This document shows, piece after piece, positions 38,476 through 47,979 of a DNA stretch of 64,000 nt. The translations under genes and the position numbers were made by a program. Origin of the DNA: a virus (taxonomy: Duplodnaviria; Caudoviricetes); the IMG/VR virus record IMGVR_UViG_3300050159_000048. One strand, given 5' to 3'. The notes under the pieces are model-generated. The model had not been told where the DNA came from and made no database searches. It saw only the letters and a list, made by a program, of their open reading frames with translations. How positions within the stretch are numbered: the first letter of the stretch is position 1; every line of letters begins with the position of its first letter.

Positions 38476-39900
38476 TTAAGCGAACTGGAAGTTGCTTACG
38501 TTGATCTTGCCGTAGTAGTCCGCGCTGTTGCCAAGCGACGACTGAGAAGCGGTGAACGCTGTCTTGCCGTAGCGAGTCATCATCGAGACAACTGGTTGGA
38601 AGGTGACCGGGTTGATCACAACACCGCTTGACATCAGAGGGATGTATGGGCAGTAGAAGTAGCCAGTGTCGGTTTCACCATTGCCGCCCTTGTAACCAAC
38701 AAGGATGGTGTCAGCAGCTGCTGCTCCCAGGCCTTGCACTTGGTTCCACAGGTAGCTGTAGACTTTGATTGTGCCGTTCAGCGTACCGACCAGCATTGAG
38801 TTGTTAGGACCCTTGAACGAGCCAGCAACAGCAGGTGCGAACACCGACTTAGCAGCAGATTGCAGGATCGAAACAACCATTGGGCTAACCACAATGAAGT
38901 TACCAGCACCACGACGGGTCTTACGAGCGATTTCGTTAGCAACTGCGTTGATCACAACGCCGAGGTTTGCGAAACGGTCACCCAGGTATGCAGGCTGATA
39001 GCCGGTCACACCAACGGTCGAGTAGTCGTATGCAGCAACTGTACCAGCCAGAGCTGTCAGGTCCGACAGAATTTCGCTGTCGATTTCCTGAACGATTTCA
39101 GCGGAGATGACTTGCGTCAGTTCGCTTTCCAGATCCATGCCGTGCTGCGACTTCAGGTCTTGCATAGCTTCGATCGTCCAGCCGGCTTGCAGCTTACGAG
39201 TCGTGGATTCAACAGCTTGCGACACAACTTCCAGCTTAACCTTACGGCCACCAGAACCTTCGATGAACGAACCCGAACCACCGTACAGCGAGCCAGAAAC
39301 TTGCTGACCCAGACCGTTCGAGTAAGGACCGAACTTAGAAGTGTTGTGCGAAGGCAGGCTTGAAGGCCAGCCGCCACGTGAAGCTGCACCAGCGATTTCA
39401 ACTGGTTCACCTTCAGGGTTTGTCATGCCGGATGCACCAGCGGTTTGTGCCAGAGGCGTACCAACAACGGTACCAGCAGCACCAGAATAGAACTGACGCA
39501 GAACTGGGTTGTTACCGAACATTTCAGCGTCAGCAGCGATGGTACCGTCTGAACCGTTAGCGGTCCATGGGTTACCGTCAGCACCTGCTGCAGGAACGGC
39601 GACGGCTTCACCGTACTTGTAACGCATCGAGTACACCAGACCGACGGGACCTTGCATTGGCTGAACGCCAACCAGTTCCGTAGCGATGGTGCCAGGGATG
39701 ATACGACGAATCATCGGGATCAGGATCTTGCGGAAACCTGCGATGTCGTTTGCTGCCACAGAGCCTTGAGCTGCAGTTTCAGCCAGGATGTGTTGCTTTT
39801 GGTTTTCCAGAAGTGTGCCAACGATTTGCTTCTTAGAAGTATCGAGACCTTCAAGGAGAGTTTCCTTCACTTCCGACCAGTTTTCAAAAAGTTCATTCAT
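38476..39900 (-). CDS. Major capsid protein (gp23-like)
   Basis: LIPMIRR..P..IA.ELVGVQPM.GP.GL, TRKL.A.WT.EA.QDL, EIDSEI, YCPYIPL, MTRYG. Confidence 0.97.
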   Translation of the reverse strand: MNELFENWSEVKETLLEGLDTSKKQIVGTLLENQKQHILAETAAQGSVAANDIAGFRKILIPMIRRIIPGTIATELVGVQPMQGPVGLVYSMRYKYGEAVAVPAAGADGNPWTANGSDGTIAADAEMFGNNPVLRQFYSGAAGTVVGTPLAQTAGASGMTNPEGEPVEIAGAASRGGWPSSLPSHNTSKFGPYSNGLGQQVSGSLYGGSGSFIEGSGGRKVKLEVVSQAVESTTRKLQAGWTIEAMQDLKSQHGMDLESELTQVISAEIVQEIDSEILSDLTALAGTVAAYDYSTVGVTGYQPAYLGDRFANLGVVINAVANEIARKTRRGAGNFIVVSPMVVSILQSAAKSVFAPAVAGSFKGPNNSMLVGTLNGTIKVYSYLWNQVQGLGAAAADTILVGYKGGNGETDTGYFYCPYIPLMSSGVVINPVTFQPVVSMMTRYGKTAFTASQSSLGNSADYYGKINVSNFQFA

Positions 39901-39949
39901 GACTTTTCCTTTGTGAGTTGTTTAAGAGTTACTTAGCTTTGGTTAGCGA

Positions 39950-40885
39950 TTAGACGCCGCCGAGACGACGAGCCCAAGCGCGGGTAGCGTCAGAAATTGT
40001 TGGCTGTTGCTTAGGCTCTTGACTGTGGACCGATTCCTCAATCATTTGCTCTTCGTTGTCGCCAGACTTCACAACGCCGCTTACTGTCTTCACTTGTTTA
40101 CCTTCAGCCAGTACTTCATCTTCCTTCTCTGAGGTCTTTACGTCCTTAGCAGACGTTTCTTTCAGCACACGACCTACGTAGGTCTTGTACGCTTCTTCAA
40201 GAAGAGGTGTGTCCACATTCTTGAGGATAGCTTCCATCACTTCCCTCGTGCGGCCAGAGAGAGGTGCGAGAACTTTTTCCAGCTTGATGGAACGTTCCAT
40301 CTTGCCCAGCTTCTTTTCAGCTTCTTCCAGAGTGTGCAGGGTGTCTTCCAGACGCTGCTCAGCTTCAGTCAGTTTAGCCTGTGTTGAGTCATCGTCAGCG
40401 TAGTGCTTCTTGAACTCAGTCACAAATGCTTCAAATACCTTCTTACCGAACTCTTGCTTCTTAACGGTGTCAACGTCTTCGCGAAGCTCATCGAGTTCAG
40501 CGGTCAGACGGACTTCCAAGAAGCGGTCCAGCTTTTCAATCAGTTGTGCGATGTCCTTTTGAAGAGTAACCTTCATGTCGGCCTTAGCTTCAACCAGCTT
40601 TTCAGCAAATTCAGCTTCTAGGTCACGGAAACGGTTGATGTCTTCGTGTAGTTCGCTCAGTTCTTCCTTCATCGCTTCGGTAACCTTGGCATCCAAGGCT
40701 TCGATAACGATTTCACGCTCAGTGATCCATTGCTCGTTCAGTTCAGCCGTGACGTTCGCTTGAGCTTCGTCGCGGGCCTTCTGAATAGCTTCATCTAGCT
40801 TATTCGAGAAAGCTGCTTCTAGCTCTTGCTTTGTTTCCTCGGTCAGTACTTCCGCAGCAAGTAGTTTCTTCAGCAGTTCATCCAT
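39950..40885 (-). CDS. Prohead scaffold (gp22-like)
   Basis: Acidic coiled coil between protease and capsid genes. Confidence 0.85.
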   Translation of the reverse strand: MDELLKKLLAAEVLTEETKQELEAAFSNKLDEAIQKARDEAQANVTAELNEQWITEREIVIEALDAKVTEAMKEELSELHEDINRFRDLEAEFAEKLVEAKADMKVTLQKDIAQLIEKLDRFLEVRLTAELDELREDVDTVKKQEFGKKVFEAFVTEFKKHYADDDSTQAKLTEAEQRLEDTLHTLEEAEKKLGKMERSIKLEKVLAPLSGRTREVMEAILKNVDTPLLEEAYKTYVGRVLKETSAKDVKTSEKEDEVLAEGKQVKTVSGVVKSGDNEEQMIEESVHSQEPKQQPTISDATRAWARRLGGV

Positions 40886-40930
40886 GTTGGAGTCTCCTTA
40901 GGAATTTGCACTATGCAAATTCGTGTGTTT

Positions 40931-40938
40931 TATTTATA
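40931..40938 (-). promoter_or_regulatory. Late promoter, full T4 consensus TATAAATA
   Basis: Exact TATAAATA upstream of scaffold-capsid operon. Confidence 0.85.
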
Positions 40939-40982
40939 CGGCGGTCCCCGTGGGGTTGAACTTTTCTATGCGCACATACGAA

Positions 40983-41006
40983 AAAACCGCGTATTCACGC
41001 GGTTTT
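40983..41006 (-). terminator. Intrinsic terminator after protease
   Basis: AAAACCGCGT/ACGCGGTTTT followed by a T run on minus. Confidence 0.8.
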
Positions 41007-41030
41007 AACTGGTACCGGACTTTTTCGGTT

Positions 41031-41666
41031 TTAATGTTTTTTGAACAGATCGTTTGTGATAAACTGCATGATTTCCTTCTTGAAGTACTTTTGTGCAGCA
41101 GGGTCTTGGCGAACTTGTTCAGCCAGTGTCATCACCTTGGCCCCCTGTTTTGATTGCAGGGATTCGTACATCATTCCAGGATAAGCCTGAGGTGCACTTG
41201 GGGTGATAACAATGTCGTATGTGATGAACTGGAACCCTTGAACATCACCGCTCTCGTTTACGTTGCCAGCGCCACGGCTTGACACACCAATCTTCACACC
41301 ACTCTTCAGCAGCTCTTGGGCAATCAAACCCATTGGAGTGTTCAACAGCTTAGCCTTACCGTAAGCGTCGTTACCATTCATCCACATCTCTGTAATCACA
41401 TGCGAAATGCGATCACTGTTGATAGTGAGTGTCTGGGGATGGTCAAGTTCACCAAAAATGCCGTTACATTCCTTGATGCGCTGTGCTGCATTTCGGACTG
41501 CCTCGGAAATCTCGGTGATTGGGTAATTGCGACCGTTGCGGTTCTTGATAGAACTTTGCATGCAAATACCGTTCAACCACATAGACTTGCCGTCGGTTGA
41601 TGATTCGCTGATGATTCGCGCCTCTACGGGCGCCAATTCTTCAACGAGCAGAATAGGTGTTGTCAT
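41031..41666 (-). CDS. Prohead protease (gp21-like)
   Basis: NRNGRNYP, GELDHP, RISHVIT, GKAKLL.TPMG, GVSSRGAG, DIV..PSAP.AY. Confidence 0.95.
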   Translation of the reverse strand: MTTPILLVEELAPVEARIISESSTDGKSMWLNGICMQSSIKNRNGRNYPITEISEAVRNAAQRIKECNGIFGELDHPQTLTINSDRISHVITEMWMNGNDAYGKAKLLNTPMGLIAQELLKSGVKIGVSSRGAGNVNESGDVQGFQFITYDIVITPSAPQAYPGMMYESLQSKQGAKVMTLAEQVRQDPAAQKYFKKEIMQFITNDLFKKH

Positions 41667-41683
41667 AGCAGCCACCTATCAAA

Positions 41684-41950
41684 TTACATCTTGTCGTCTT
41701 CGTCGCCAGACTCGTCATCTGCCTTCTTAGACTTTTTAGGCTTCTTGGACTTCTTGTCGTCCTCGTCTTTTTCATCATCGGTGCAGTCTTCTTCGTCGCA
41801 GGTTTCCTCCGACTCAACGGATTCGCCGAGCAGGATCGACTGGGTCTTTAGACGCAGATATTGGTGAAAGGCTTCCTTTGCTGCTGCTGAATCCGATTCA
41901 ACGATTGCGTCAACAACGGCTTCGAGGTGTTGCTTCATTTGCTTGTTCAT
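41684..41950 (-). CDS. Small acidic prohead core protein (gp67/68-like)
   Basis: 88 aa between portal and protease; acidic tail. Confidence 0.6.
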   Translation of the reverse strand: MNKQMKQHLEAVVDAIVESDSAAAKEAFHQYLRLKTQSILLGESVESEETCDEEDCTDDEKDEDDKKSKKPKKSKKADDESGDEDDKM

Positions 41951-42002
41951 GTGTTGCTCCTAGTGACGGAAGTTGTGCGGTGTATAAGTACACCTTCTGA
42001 TT

Positions 42003-42009
42003 TATTTAT
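42003..42009 (-). promoter_or_regulatory. Late promoter ATAAATA
   Basis: Between portal and core protein genes. Confidence 0.6.
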
Positions 42010-42036
42010 TGGGGGTCGCTTTTAACTTGCCCTGGT

Positions 42037-43722
42037 TCACTGTGGCGGCGGCGTAACTCCGCCATTTTCGGGGGGAATTGGCGCGCTGCCCATTTGTGAA
42101 TTCATGTCACCACCCACAGCCATAGCGTCCCCTCCACCCATCAAGTCTCCTGGCGGGCCGCCGAAACCACCACCAAGTGATCCGGCTAGCATTCCACCAC
42201 CCGCGCCAAGTCCGGCTTCTTCAGGTGGGGGTCCGTAGACTGCTCGCATATTTGCTAGACGATCGCCACTGTCAGGGTTGATGCCCAATTCTTCACACCG
42301 CAGACGGAAGTTCAGAAGAATCTGTTCATCGCTCATCTGCAGGTAGTTAGACATCGCAAAACGCTTTGACAAGTGTTCGATTGATGCAGCACTGTTGTAG
42401 GTTGTCAGTAGATCGTTATCCAGCTGCTGCTTACGGTACTTACCGTAGTTCTCAGGCTTGTTAAGGCGAAGGCTGAAGATTGCTGTATCGATGTGAATTC
42501 CAGCAGCCCTGAGGTAGCGTTTGAATTCCTTATCGATGACGTGTGAGATGTAACCTTGCAAACGCTCAATGTATTGGGCGAATCGCAGTTCTTGAATGTA
42601 TGCAACACCAGTCTTACCGTCTGAGATCACAGAGCCGTCCTGCCCCTCTTTCATGTAGGATAGGGGGATGCGTAGACCACGGAATACCTTCCATTGGAAG
42701 TATTCCAAGTCAGCCAGTTCACCAAGACCTTGCCCACCTGGAAGGGTTTCAATGCGAGAACCTTTACCGTCGGGGCGCTGCGCAAGGAAGAAGTCTTCAC
42801 TCATTTGCTGAGGGTTATAGACGGAGTCTACTTGCTCAACACCACCACCGTAAGTTGGGATCTTGCGCTGACGAATTTCGTTCTTGATCTGCTCCAAGTG
42901 CATTTTGACGCGTTGCGGCGGCATCTTGCCCACGTCAATGTAAAACACACGACGTTCAGGTGCGCGTTGAATGCGGTAGATGATGATGGCGTCTTCCAGC
43001 AACTCCTTCTGCTTCTGAGCGCGGTAAATTGCGCGTAGAACAGACTCACCGAACGGTGCTTGCTCACCGAGGTCGTCATTTAACGAGAACCAGACCACGT
43101 TTTCAGCTGCAAAAACGTCCATGATCTCATTGTTGCTGCTAGCTTGGGTTGCGTGAGGAGATTGCTGGTTGTACGGAGAGCGCGGGACCTTTGTGTCGCG
43201 CTTAATCTGCCAACCAACAACACGGGTCACGTCATTTTCATCAACAACTGCAGCGATAACACTCTTTGGGTGAACGTATTCCCATTTTGATGTGTCGCGG
43301 TGGCGGATGAAGAAACAGTCACCGTATTTGATTGTTACGCGTGCAACCTTGAATAGGCGAGTTTGCCAGTCGTGTAGATCAGTCCAGTACCGCAGAGCGG
43401 CACGGAGCGTCATCACAACACTACTGTCGAGGTTTGCATCTTTTTCACTCTTAATGATTAGTTCAAACGGTAGGTCGGTACCTTCGTCTGTTCCAACCAT
43501 CTCTTCCGCAATAGTGTCCAACGAACGAGCGATTTCAATATCGTTGTCCATTAGGTCATATTCGCGGTAACGTGTCAAGCGAGACGCCGAACCTTGTACC
43601 AAGCGCTGATACCAAGTATAATTGGCGTATGCACCCTGGTCGCCAATATTCTGGCTGTCTGACATGGTCGTCACACCCGGTTTCGGGGCAACTACTTTGA
43701 AGAAGTCAGCAAATTTTGCCAT
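42037..43722 (-). CDS. Portal protein (gp20-like)
   Basis: LLEDA..IYRI.RAPERRVFYIDVG.MP, EDFFLAQR.DGKGS.IETLPGGQ.LGE. Confidence 0.96.
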   Translation of the reverse strand: MAKFADFFKVVAPKPGVTTMSDSQNIGDQGAYANYTWYQRLVQGSASRLTRYREYDLMDNDIEIARSLDTIAEEMVGTDEGTDLPFELIIKSEKDANLDSSVVMTLRAALRYWTDLHDWQTRLFKVARVTIKYGDCFFIRHRDTSKWEYVHPKSVIAAVVDENDVTRVVGWQIKRDTKVPRSPYNQQSPHATQASSNNEIMDVFAAENVVWFSLNDDLGEQAPFGESVLRAIYRAQKQKELLEDAIIIYRIQRAPERRVFYIDVGKMPPQRVKMHLEQIKNEIRQRKIPTYGGGVEQVDSVYNPQQMSEDFFLAQRPDGKGSRIETLPGGQGLGELADLEYFQWKVFRGLRIPLSYMKEGQDGSVISDGKTGVAYIQELRFAQYIERLQGYISHVIDKEFKRYLRAAGIHIDTAIFSLRLNKPENYGKYRKQQLDNDLLTTYNSAASIEHLSKRFAMSNYLQMSDEQILLNFRLRCEELGINPDSGDRLANMRAVYGPPPEEAGLGAGGGMLAGSLGGGFGGPPGDLMGGGDAMAVGGDMNSQMGSAPIPPENGGVTPPPQ

Positions 43723-43749
43723 CTGGGATCCTGAAGTTATAGGTTCGTG

Positions 43750-43756
43750 TATTTAT
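43750..43756 (-). promoter_or_regulatory. Late promoter ATAAATA
   Basis: cATAAATA upstream of portal. Confidence 0.7.
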
Positions 43757-43775
43757 GAGCTTGAAAACGCTGGCG

Positions 43776-46082
43776 TTAAACGTAGTTATATTGAGCCCCA
43801 AATTTGTTGCCACCACGGAGTGCTGTTTTTGTGCTAGTATTCTGCTTTTCCCGATCTGTTAGCGTTAGTGCGATTAGTTGTTTCTCAAGCAGGTCGGTCT
43901 GTCGGTCGGCGTTATCTGCCAACTTCTTCAACAAATCATTGGATACATCCATTTGGGCTACTTGGGCTGATAGCTTATCAGCTGCTGTTAGTGTTGCCTT
44001 TTCAACATTTTTGCTTGTCTCTGTCTGAGCAGTTTTCGCAACACGATCATCCACCTTATTGGGGCCAGGCCCTTGTACTGGAGCACCAACCACACCAGGT
44101 TTTGTGTTATCGTCAAGGTATTTTGTTTCGCTAGCAATCCGTTCAGACTTTGCTTGGTTGACAAGATTATCGAGGAAGAACAGGCTCCCCAGTTTCTCAA
44201 TGCCCCGAGGGATGGAAGATTGCATCTTTTCCCACGGACTTGCACGGTCCCAATTCTTGTCATCCTGATCAGTGTCAACCCTAGCTGTGCCAACGCCCAT
44301 CTTGCCTGCCGCCCAGTCAACACCAGCGCCTGTTGCCATCATTGCAGCAGCGGGGAGCGCAACTCCCCTGGCAAACTTGCCAGCTTGTGCCAGCTTGCCG
44401 CCAGTTGCAGCAGCTCCTACCGCACCAGCAGCTCCTGCGCCGACCGCTTCGCCAGCTACAGTACCGGCAACTCGGCCCGCAACATTACCAGCGATTTTTT
44501 CACCGATTTTGCCGATGAACTTGCCACCACCCATCAACATAATGATGGAGGATACGCCAGCTGCAATTGGGCCCAGCCAGTGCTGTCCTGATGCAATTAG
44601 GTCAAGTTGTTTCACCATCTCAGCAGTGCTTGCTATGGTTTGAGCAATCTGATCCTCTGATACGTCCTTCATTGTGGCATCAATCTGAGCAATTGGGGCC
44701 TTCAGAGTGTCAATCGAGGTAGAGAAGGGACTGTCTTTGCCGAAATACTGATCCATATTCAGTTTATCAGCCAGAGTGGTTGCAAAAATTTCACCACCCA
44801 GACTGCCTTGACCCATTTGATCCATCTTGTTGGCTGCGTTCTCGTTGAATCGCATCAGAGCTTCTTTTTGTTCGGGTGTAGCACGCTTACCAGCAATGAC
44901 TGCTTGGGCAGCCTCATCACCACCTGCGATTCCCATAGCTCCTGCCATCGCCCGCATTTTTGCAGCTTGTTTAATGCGGTCAATGGGTTTTGCAGCAACC
45001 ATTTGGTTTAGCATCTTGGCGGCCCGCTGTGCTTGTTCTGCACTCATGCCTGCGGCGATGGCGTTCTGGATCATTGCGCGCTGACTCTGCAGGATTGCTT
45101 CTCGCTCACTTCCGCGGGCGGAACGTAGAATGTCAATCATGTCAACATCTTGCGACATGGAGTCGTACAATGACATTGCTGATTCGCGCGACATGCCTGT
45201 TTGAGCAATCAGGCGATTGACGTCGTCGGTATAGCGCTCTAGGGCTGCTCGCGTTGGCTTTACACCAGCGGTAGCTAGGGATTTTGCACCCTGGGTTGCC
45301 AATTCCAACGCCTTCTGAAAGTCTCCCCCAGTGGATACTACAAGGCGTTTAACCGTAGAGTCGAGTGTTGCCATGCCCTGGGTAGTGCCACCCATAGCGT
45401 TGAACATTTGGCGGCCTTGTTTGGTAGCATTGATGAAAGCGTCAGCTGATACCCCGTACTTCAGGGCCAATGTTTGTTGGTCCAGCAGAGCCTTCTCGAT
45501 GTTGCCAGATGCCTCAATGACACCGTCAGATGCTTTCACCTGAGCCAATTGTTGACGTGCGTTAGCTGCAACAGTCTTACCAAACCAAACCAATGCAGCA
45601 GATGTTAGTGTGCCGCTACGTGCGAGGTTAACCAATGACGTGTTTGCCGCAGCAGTAGCGTCAGTAAAATCCTTTTGTGCTTTGGTCGAGCGCAACGTAG
45701 CATCAGCAAGTTTGTTGCTAGAGTTGCGTATCAAGATACGCAACTCTTCCAGGTCGCGTTCGCTTGCAGTACCTTGTGCGGTTAGCTTGTTGAGTTTGTC
45801 TCGATAATTGTTGTGTTGAATGCTAAGCTCAATTTCACGCTTTTTTGCCTTCAACAGCTCATCTAGAGCGTGTTGTTCACGCTTCGTCAGAGTTTCGTTC
45901 TTAGCCAAGGCATCATTGAACAGAGCTAACTCATGGTTGACATGATCTTGCATGTCAGCATGTGCTTTCATAGAAGCTAGCGTTGCGGCTTGCGTTCGTG
46001 ATTGGGCGTTAACTAACCCTTGCAGTGATTGTGCAAACTGCTGAATGATAGAGTTGAGTTGTTGAGTTGCTTGATCAGCCAT
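43776..46082 (-). CDS. Tape measure protein
   Basis: 768 aa Ala/Gln-rich helical protein with a hydrophobic Gly/Ala segment; divergent from gp26-like gene. Confidence 0.75.
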   Translation of the reverse strand: MADQATQQLNSIIQQFAQSLQGLVNAQSRTQAATLASMKAHADMQDHVNHELALFNDALAKNETLTKREQHALDELLKAKKREIELSIQHNNYRDKLNKLTAQGTASERDLEELRILIRNSSNKLADATLRSTKAQKDFTDATAAANTSLVNLARSGTLTSAALVWFGKTVAANARQQLAQVKASDGVIEASGNIEKALLDQQTLALKYGVSADAFINATKQGRQMFNAMGGTTQGMATLDSTVKRLVVSTGGDFQKALELATQGAKSLATAGVKPTRAALERYTDDVNRLIAQTGMSRESAMSLYDSMSQDVDMIDILRSARGSEREAILQSQRAMIQNAIAAGMSAEQAQRAAKMLNQMVAAKPIDRIKQAAKMRAMAGAMGIAGGDEAAQAVIAGKRATPEQKEALMRFNENAANKMDQMGQGSLGGEIFATTLADKLNMDQYFGKDSPFSTSIDTLKAPIAQIDATMKDVSEDQIAQTIASTAEMVKQLDLIASGQHWLGPIAAGVSSIIMLMGGGKFIGKIGEKIAGNVAGRVAGTVAGEAVGAGAAGAVGAAATGGKLAQAGKFARGVALPAAAMMATGAGVDWAAGKMGVGTARVDTDQDDKNWDRASPWEKMQSSIPRGIEKLGSLFFLDNLVNQAKSERIASETKYLDDNTKPGVVGAPVQGPGPNKVDDRVAKTAQTETSKNVEKATLTAADKLSAQVAQMDVSNDLLKKLADNADRQTDLLEKQLIALTLTDREKQNTSTKTALRGGNKFGAQYNYV

Positions 46083-46104
46083 ATGTTTACCCTTGAGATT
46101 GTGG

Positions 46105-46134
46105 TATTTACGTTATTGATCCCTGTATTAAATA
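46105..46134. promoter_or_regulatory. Back-to-back late promoters TAAATA (- at 46105-46110, + at 46129-46134)
   Basis: One per divergent gene. Confidence 0.6.
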
Positions 46135-46155
46135 CCACACACATAAGGAGAAACT

Positions 46156-46944
46156 ATGTCCAACACCAATCCACTACTAGCCAAAATCCGCATCCCCGGT
46201 GCTACATTCCGTCTGCCATCCCAAGGTCTATTCTACGAGGACGGAGAACTTGCCGAAGGCGTGACGAAGGGTGAAGTTGAGGTGTATCCGATGACCGCTG
46301 TGGATGAAATTGTGCTGGCGACACCAGACAAGCTGCTGTCTGGCCGTGCAATCATGGAGATTTTCGCTCGGTGCATTCCACAAGTGATCAAGCCTGAGAA
46401 GCTGTTGACGCGTGATGTGGACTTTCTGATGGTGTGTTTGCGCTCTGTGTCGTTTGGCGATGCGATGGAAGTCACATATACCCACGATTGCGCTAACGCA
46501 AAGACCCACACATTTAGCGTCGACATTCAACAAATGATCCGTGAAACCAAGGTAGTTGACCCAACGTCAATTAACCAAGAATACACGTGTACGGTACCAA
46601 ATGGTCAGATTGTTACCCTGAAGCCACTGACGTACGACAATGTGATTGAGTTGTATCAAACAACTGCTCTAATGAAAGAGGACGAGCTCAGCATTAATGA
46701 GGCGGAGCAGCTGGTGTTGGACACGCTGTCCAACGTGATTCGACGCGTCGATGACGTGACGGATAAGCAGCAAATCCGTGAGTGGGTTAAGTCCATCCCG
46801 CTTGGGTGGAAGCGCAAGATTGAAGGTGCGGCACAAATGGTCAGTCAGTGGGGTGTGGATTTCACATCACGCCAAAAGTGTCCTGATTGCGGTGAGGAGG
46901 CCCACGTCCAGGTATCTGCAAATCCAGTAAGTTTTTTTTCATGA
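46156..46944 (+). CDS. gp26-like baseplate hub/tail assembly protein
   Basis: FRLPSQG.FY, VYPMTA.DEI.L.TPD.L..G, D.D..MV..R..S.G, C-terminal CPDC; AAGGAG RBS. Confidence 0.8.
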   Translation: MSNTNPLLAKIRIPGATFRLPSQGLFYEDGELAEGVTKGEVEVYPMTAVDEIVLATPDKLLSGRAIMEIFARCIPQVIKPEKLLTRDVDFLMVCLRSVSFGDAMEVTYTHDCANAKTHTFSVDIQQMIRETKVVDPTSINQEYTCTVPNGQIVTLKPLTYDNVIELYQTTALMKEDELSINEAEQLVLDTLSNVIRRVDDVTDKQQIREWVKSIPLGWKRKIEGAAQMVSQWGVDFTSRQKCPDCGEEAHVQVSANPVSFFS

Positions 46945-47168
46945 CCCTCCGATCTGGAACGATTGAGGAGAAGCAGCAAATGTTCTCCTCAATGGTCAAT
47001 GACCGGAGGCGTATTATCAAATCGATCATTCAACTGGTGTATTTCATGCGCGGAGCGGTTCAATACGAAACCATGATGTCCATGTCGTCATTTGAGCGAA
47101 GTATGGTAAGTGAGTTCGTGGAGGATCGGCTCGAGGTGGAATCGAAGAAGATGTATCCGCAATACTAA
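46941..47168 (+). CDS. gp51-like small partner; possible -1 frameshift extension of gp26
   Basis: LVYFMRGAVQYETMMSMS..ER; ATGA overlap preceded by a T8 run. Confidence 0.7.
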   Translation: MTLRSGTIEEKQQMFSSMVNDRRRIIKSIIQLVYFMRGAVQYETMMSMSSFERSMVSEFVEDRLEVESKKMYPQY

Positions 47169-47496
47169 GCCAGCTCCACGCAGGCATCATAGAGAGACCG
47201 GCTTGGCAGCCGGAGAGATTGTTGAGTTCGGTACCCTTCACTCAACAATCTCTAGCGGTGAAGTAACGCGGTTAAAGGGAATTATCAATCCCTGCCCCGC
47301 GTTTTCGTAGCTGATTGGAAGTACCTCACGGTTCACAGAAGTGAACAATTGTATGAAAAGTGGCCATAACTCCCAAGGTGGTCAACTTTGGTGGGCTCTA
47401 TACCACAGGCTCGTTAGTGCGGCTCCACGCACTCTGTTCCTACACCGGTGGGAGAAGGGTATCACCACCTGACGTTTCTAGTTATACTGTATTGTT
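47169..47496. ncRNA. Candidate structured ncRNA (family and strand unknown)
   Basis: ~330 bp gap with at least 7 stems, including a 14-bp perfect stem 47214-47253; no credible ORF. Confidence 0.5.
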
Positions 47497-47979
47497 TCAG
47501 TCCGGCATGCGCGCAATCCAATACGCGTCGGTCAAATCCGTGAGACCGGTAGTCTTCTTAAAGCCTGCGTCTAAAAACTTCTGTCGAACGTCGTCTGAGA
47601 GTGCTTCTATCATTGCCTTTTTATCAGCCTTGCCACTTCCTGTGGCCTTCTTTTTCACCGAAGTAGGTGCGTATTCCTTGAATACGATAGTGGGGTGCTC
47701 GTAAGCAACAAGATTGACGATCGTAAACAACAATCCAGCCAAGTCTCGAGTTGCATCCCCTCTGATTCCGAAAGCCAATCCTTCTGCTTTAAGCATCGTT
47801 GGATTATGTTTCTTGATCAGTTCACAGATTTTCTTTGCGGTTGACAACGCACGGGCGTATGTAGTGTCCGTTTTTTCGGTTGTAAACCGTCCGAATTCTT
47901 CCATCTGCTGTGATTCAGTGTTCCACAATACGTATCCACAGCTAGTATACGATTGGTCAATTCCCAGTACAAGTGCCAT
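47497..47979 (-). CDS. ruvC: RuvC-like Holliday junction resolvase
   Basis: LGIDQS, catalytic E (KAEG), PTSVKK.ATGSGKADK, D..DA. Confidence 0.85.
   Translation of the reverse strand: MALVLGIDQSYTSCGYVLWNTESQQMEEFGRFTTEKTDTTYARALSTAKKICELIKKHNPTMLKAEGLAFGIRGDATRDLAGLLFTIVNLVAYEHPTIVFKEYAPTSVKKKATGSGKADKKAMIEALSDDVRQKFLDAGFKKTTGLTDLTDAYWIARMPD

Noticed and set aside
47268-47305. Cobalamin riboswitch-like words (AAAGGGAA...AATCC.CTGCCCCGC)
   Set aside because: It lacks the GGUG..AAU T-loop hairpin and has no downstream gene in the right orientation; AGGGA simply pairs with TCCCT.
47169-47496. tmRNA, RNase P, tRNA, group I intron or hammerhead identity
   Set aside because: Only short resemblances (GCCAGCTCCAC, GAGGTACTTCC, GGCTTA). 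There is no tRNA-like domain, tag ORF, P7 elements or CUGAUGA/GAAA core.
47044-47704. Short ORFs across the gp51-ruvC gap (47044-47241, 47110-47310, 47360-47704)
   Set aside because: They overlap real genes, lack an RBS and have atypical composition.
47497-47979. RuvC as a TnpB/Cas12 effector
   Set aside because: Only 160 aa, with a classical resolvase layout and no Zn finger or REC/WED regions, and no repeats or transposon ends nearby.
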